DNA from: Prorocentrum cordatum
Taxonomy: Eukaryota
Direction: 5' to 3'
DNA length: 64,000 bases
Assembly (NCBI GenBank): GCA_963575745.1
Contig: CAUYUJ010000115.1
Coordinates: forward strand, 124,001-188,000
The notes under the pieces are model-generated. The model was given only the letters and a program-made list of their open reading frames with translations. It did no database searches and had not been told where the DNA came from. Positions 63,291 to 64,000 of this stretch are shown one piece after another; position 1 is the stretch's first letter; every line of letters starts with the position of its first letter. Made by a program: the position numbers and the translations under genes.

Positions 63291-64000
63291 CTGGTGCGTG
63301 CCCGTGGTGTGCCCACGGCAGACAGGTCAGAGTGTGGGCCCCGAGCGCGAAGATGTCGCCGACGCGAGGAGCAGAAGAGGGGGGGACAGCGGCACCAGAG
63401 AGATGGGGGGAGGCTCCCAGAGGCAGATAATGAGGAAGCGAAGAAAGAACTCGGGCCTCCTCCTCCTCCTCCTCCGCCTCCTCCGTCCTCCCCCATCCGT
63501 ATGTTCCAGTTGGCGCAAGGTGGCTGGTCCTCTCCTGTTCCAAGATCGGTGAGAAGTGTTTTGCGCCGGCCTCGTTCGGAGTCTGGGGTTTCCTCCAGGG
63601 TGTCGCCCCCATCGCCCAGAGGTGGACGGGGGGGGGACGAGGCCTCCTGCTGGTGTGTGCGGGGGGGAGAGGAGGAGGGTGAGGGGAAAGAAGGCAAGCA
63701 GAAGAAGGACAGCGACAACGGAGAGAGGGATGTAGAGGCACCAAAGAGTAGTAGGAGGAGGAGGAACGGGAGGAGGAGGAGGAGGAGGAGGAAGAGGAGG
63801 AAGAGGAGGAAGAGGAGGAGGAGGAGGCGGAGGAGGAGGAGCAGAGAAGAGCGGAGAGCAGGGAGCGAGGCTTTCTTGGGCGTGCTTGGGGTTCGGGGTT
63901 CTCTTTGGGACCTCGAGTGATCCAGGACTGGCAAAGATGCTGGGGTTCGAGGCTCTCGTGGGAGCCCCTTGGCAGCTATCAGAGCCTCTTGGGAGGCCGC
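63291..64000 (-). mobile_element. Helitron-like unit, 3' portion (runs off the window)
   Basis: CCGTGG-N5-CCACGG hairpin (63302-63318) + CCAG|T. Confidence 0.6.

Overview
Repeat-dominated, GC-rich eukaryotic DNA. The copia domains and the PPR consensus suggest a dinoflagellate (Prorocentrum-like); this is inference only. No intact full-length gene, RNA gene or CRISPR array is visible, and most track ORFs are artefacts of GC-rich repeats. The main structure is a chain of Helitron-like units. Fifteen 3' termini of the form hairpin + about 8-13 nt + CTAG-like end are present (10 on +, 5 on -). Nine are followed by a block of PPR-coding DNA that is an exact multiple of 105 bp (1-3 repeats, 16 repeats in total), cut at the same A|T position of the repeat. 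Six join directly to a TC-starting 5' end that itself resembles a decayed PPR start. A PIF1-type helicase C-terminal relic lies inside one unit in the matching orientation. The + and - series converge on a 14 kb foldback (37636-51741) with roughly 6 kb arms. Also present: a decayed Ty1/copia LTR retrotransposon (3296-14005; ACAAA TSD) carrying a RapZ-C-like extra domain and a TIR element inserted in its integrase, Tc1/mariner-type MITEs, several 100-107 bp satellites and a CA(A/G)GA motif phased at about 10.5 bp.
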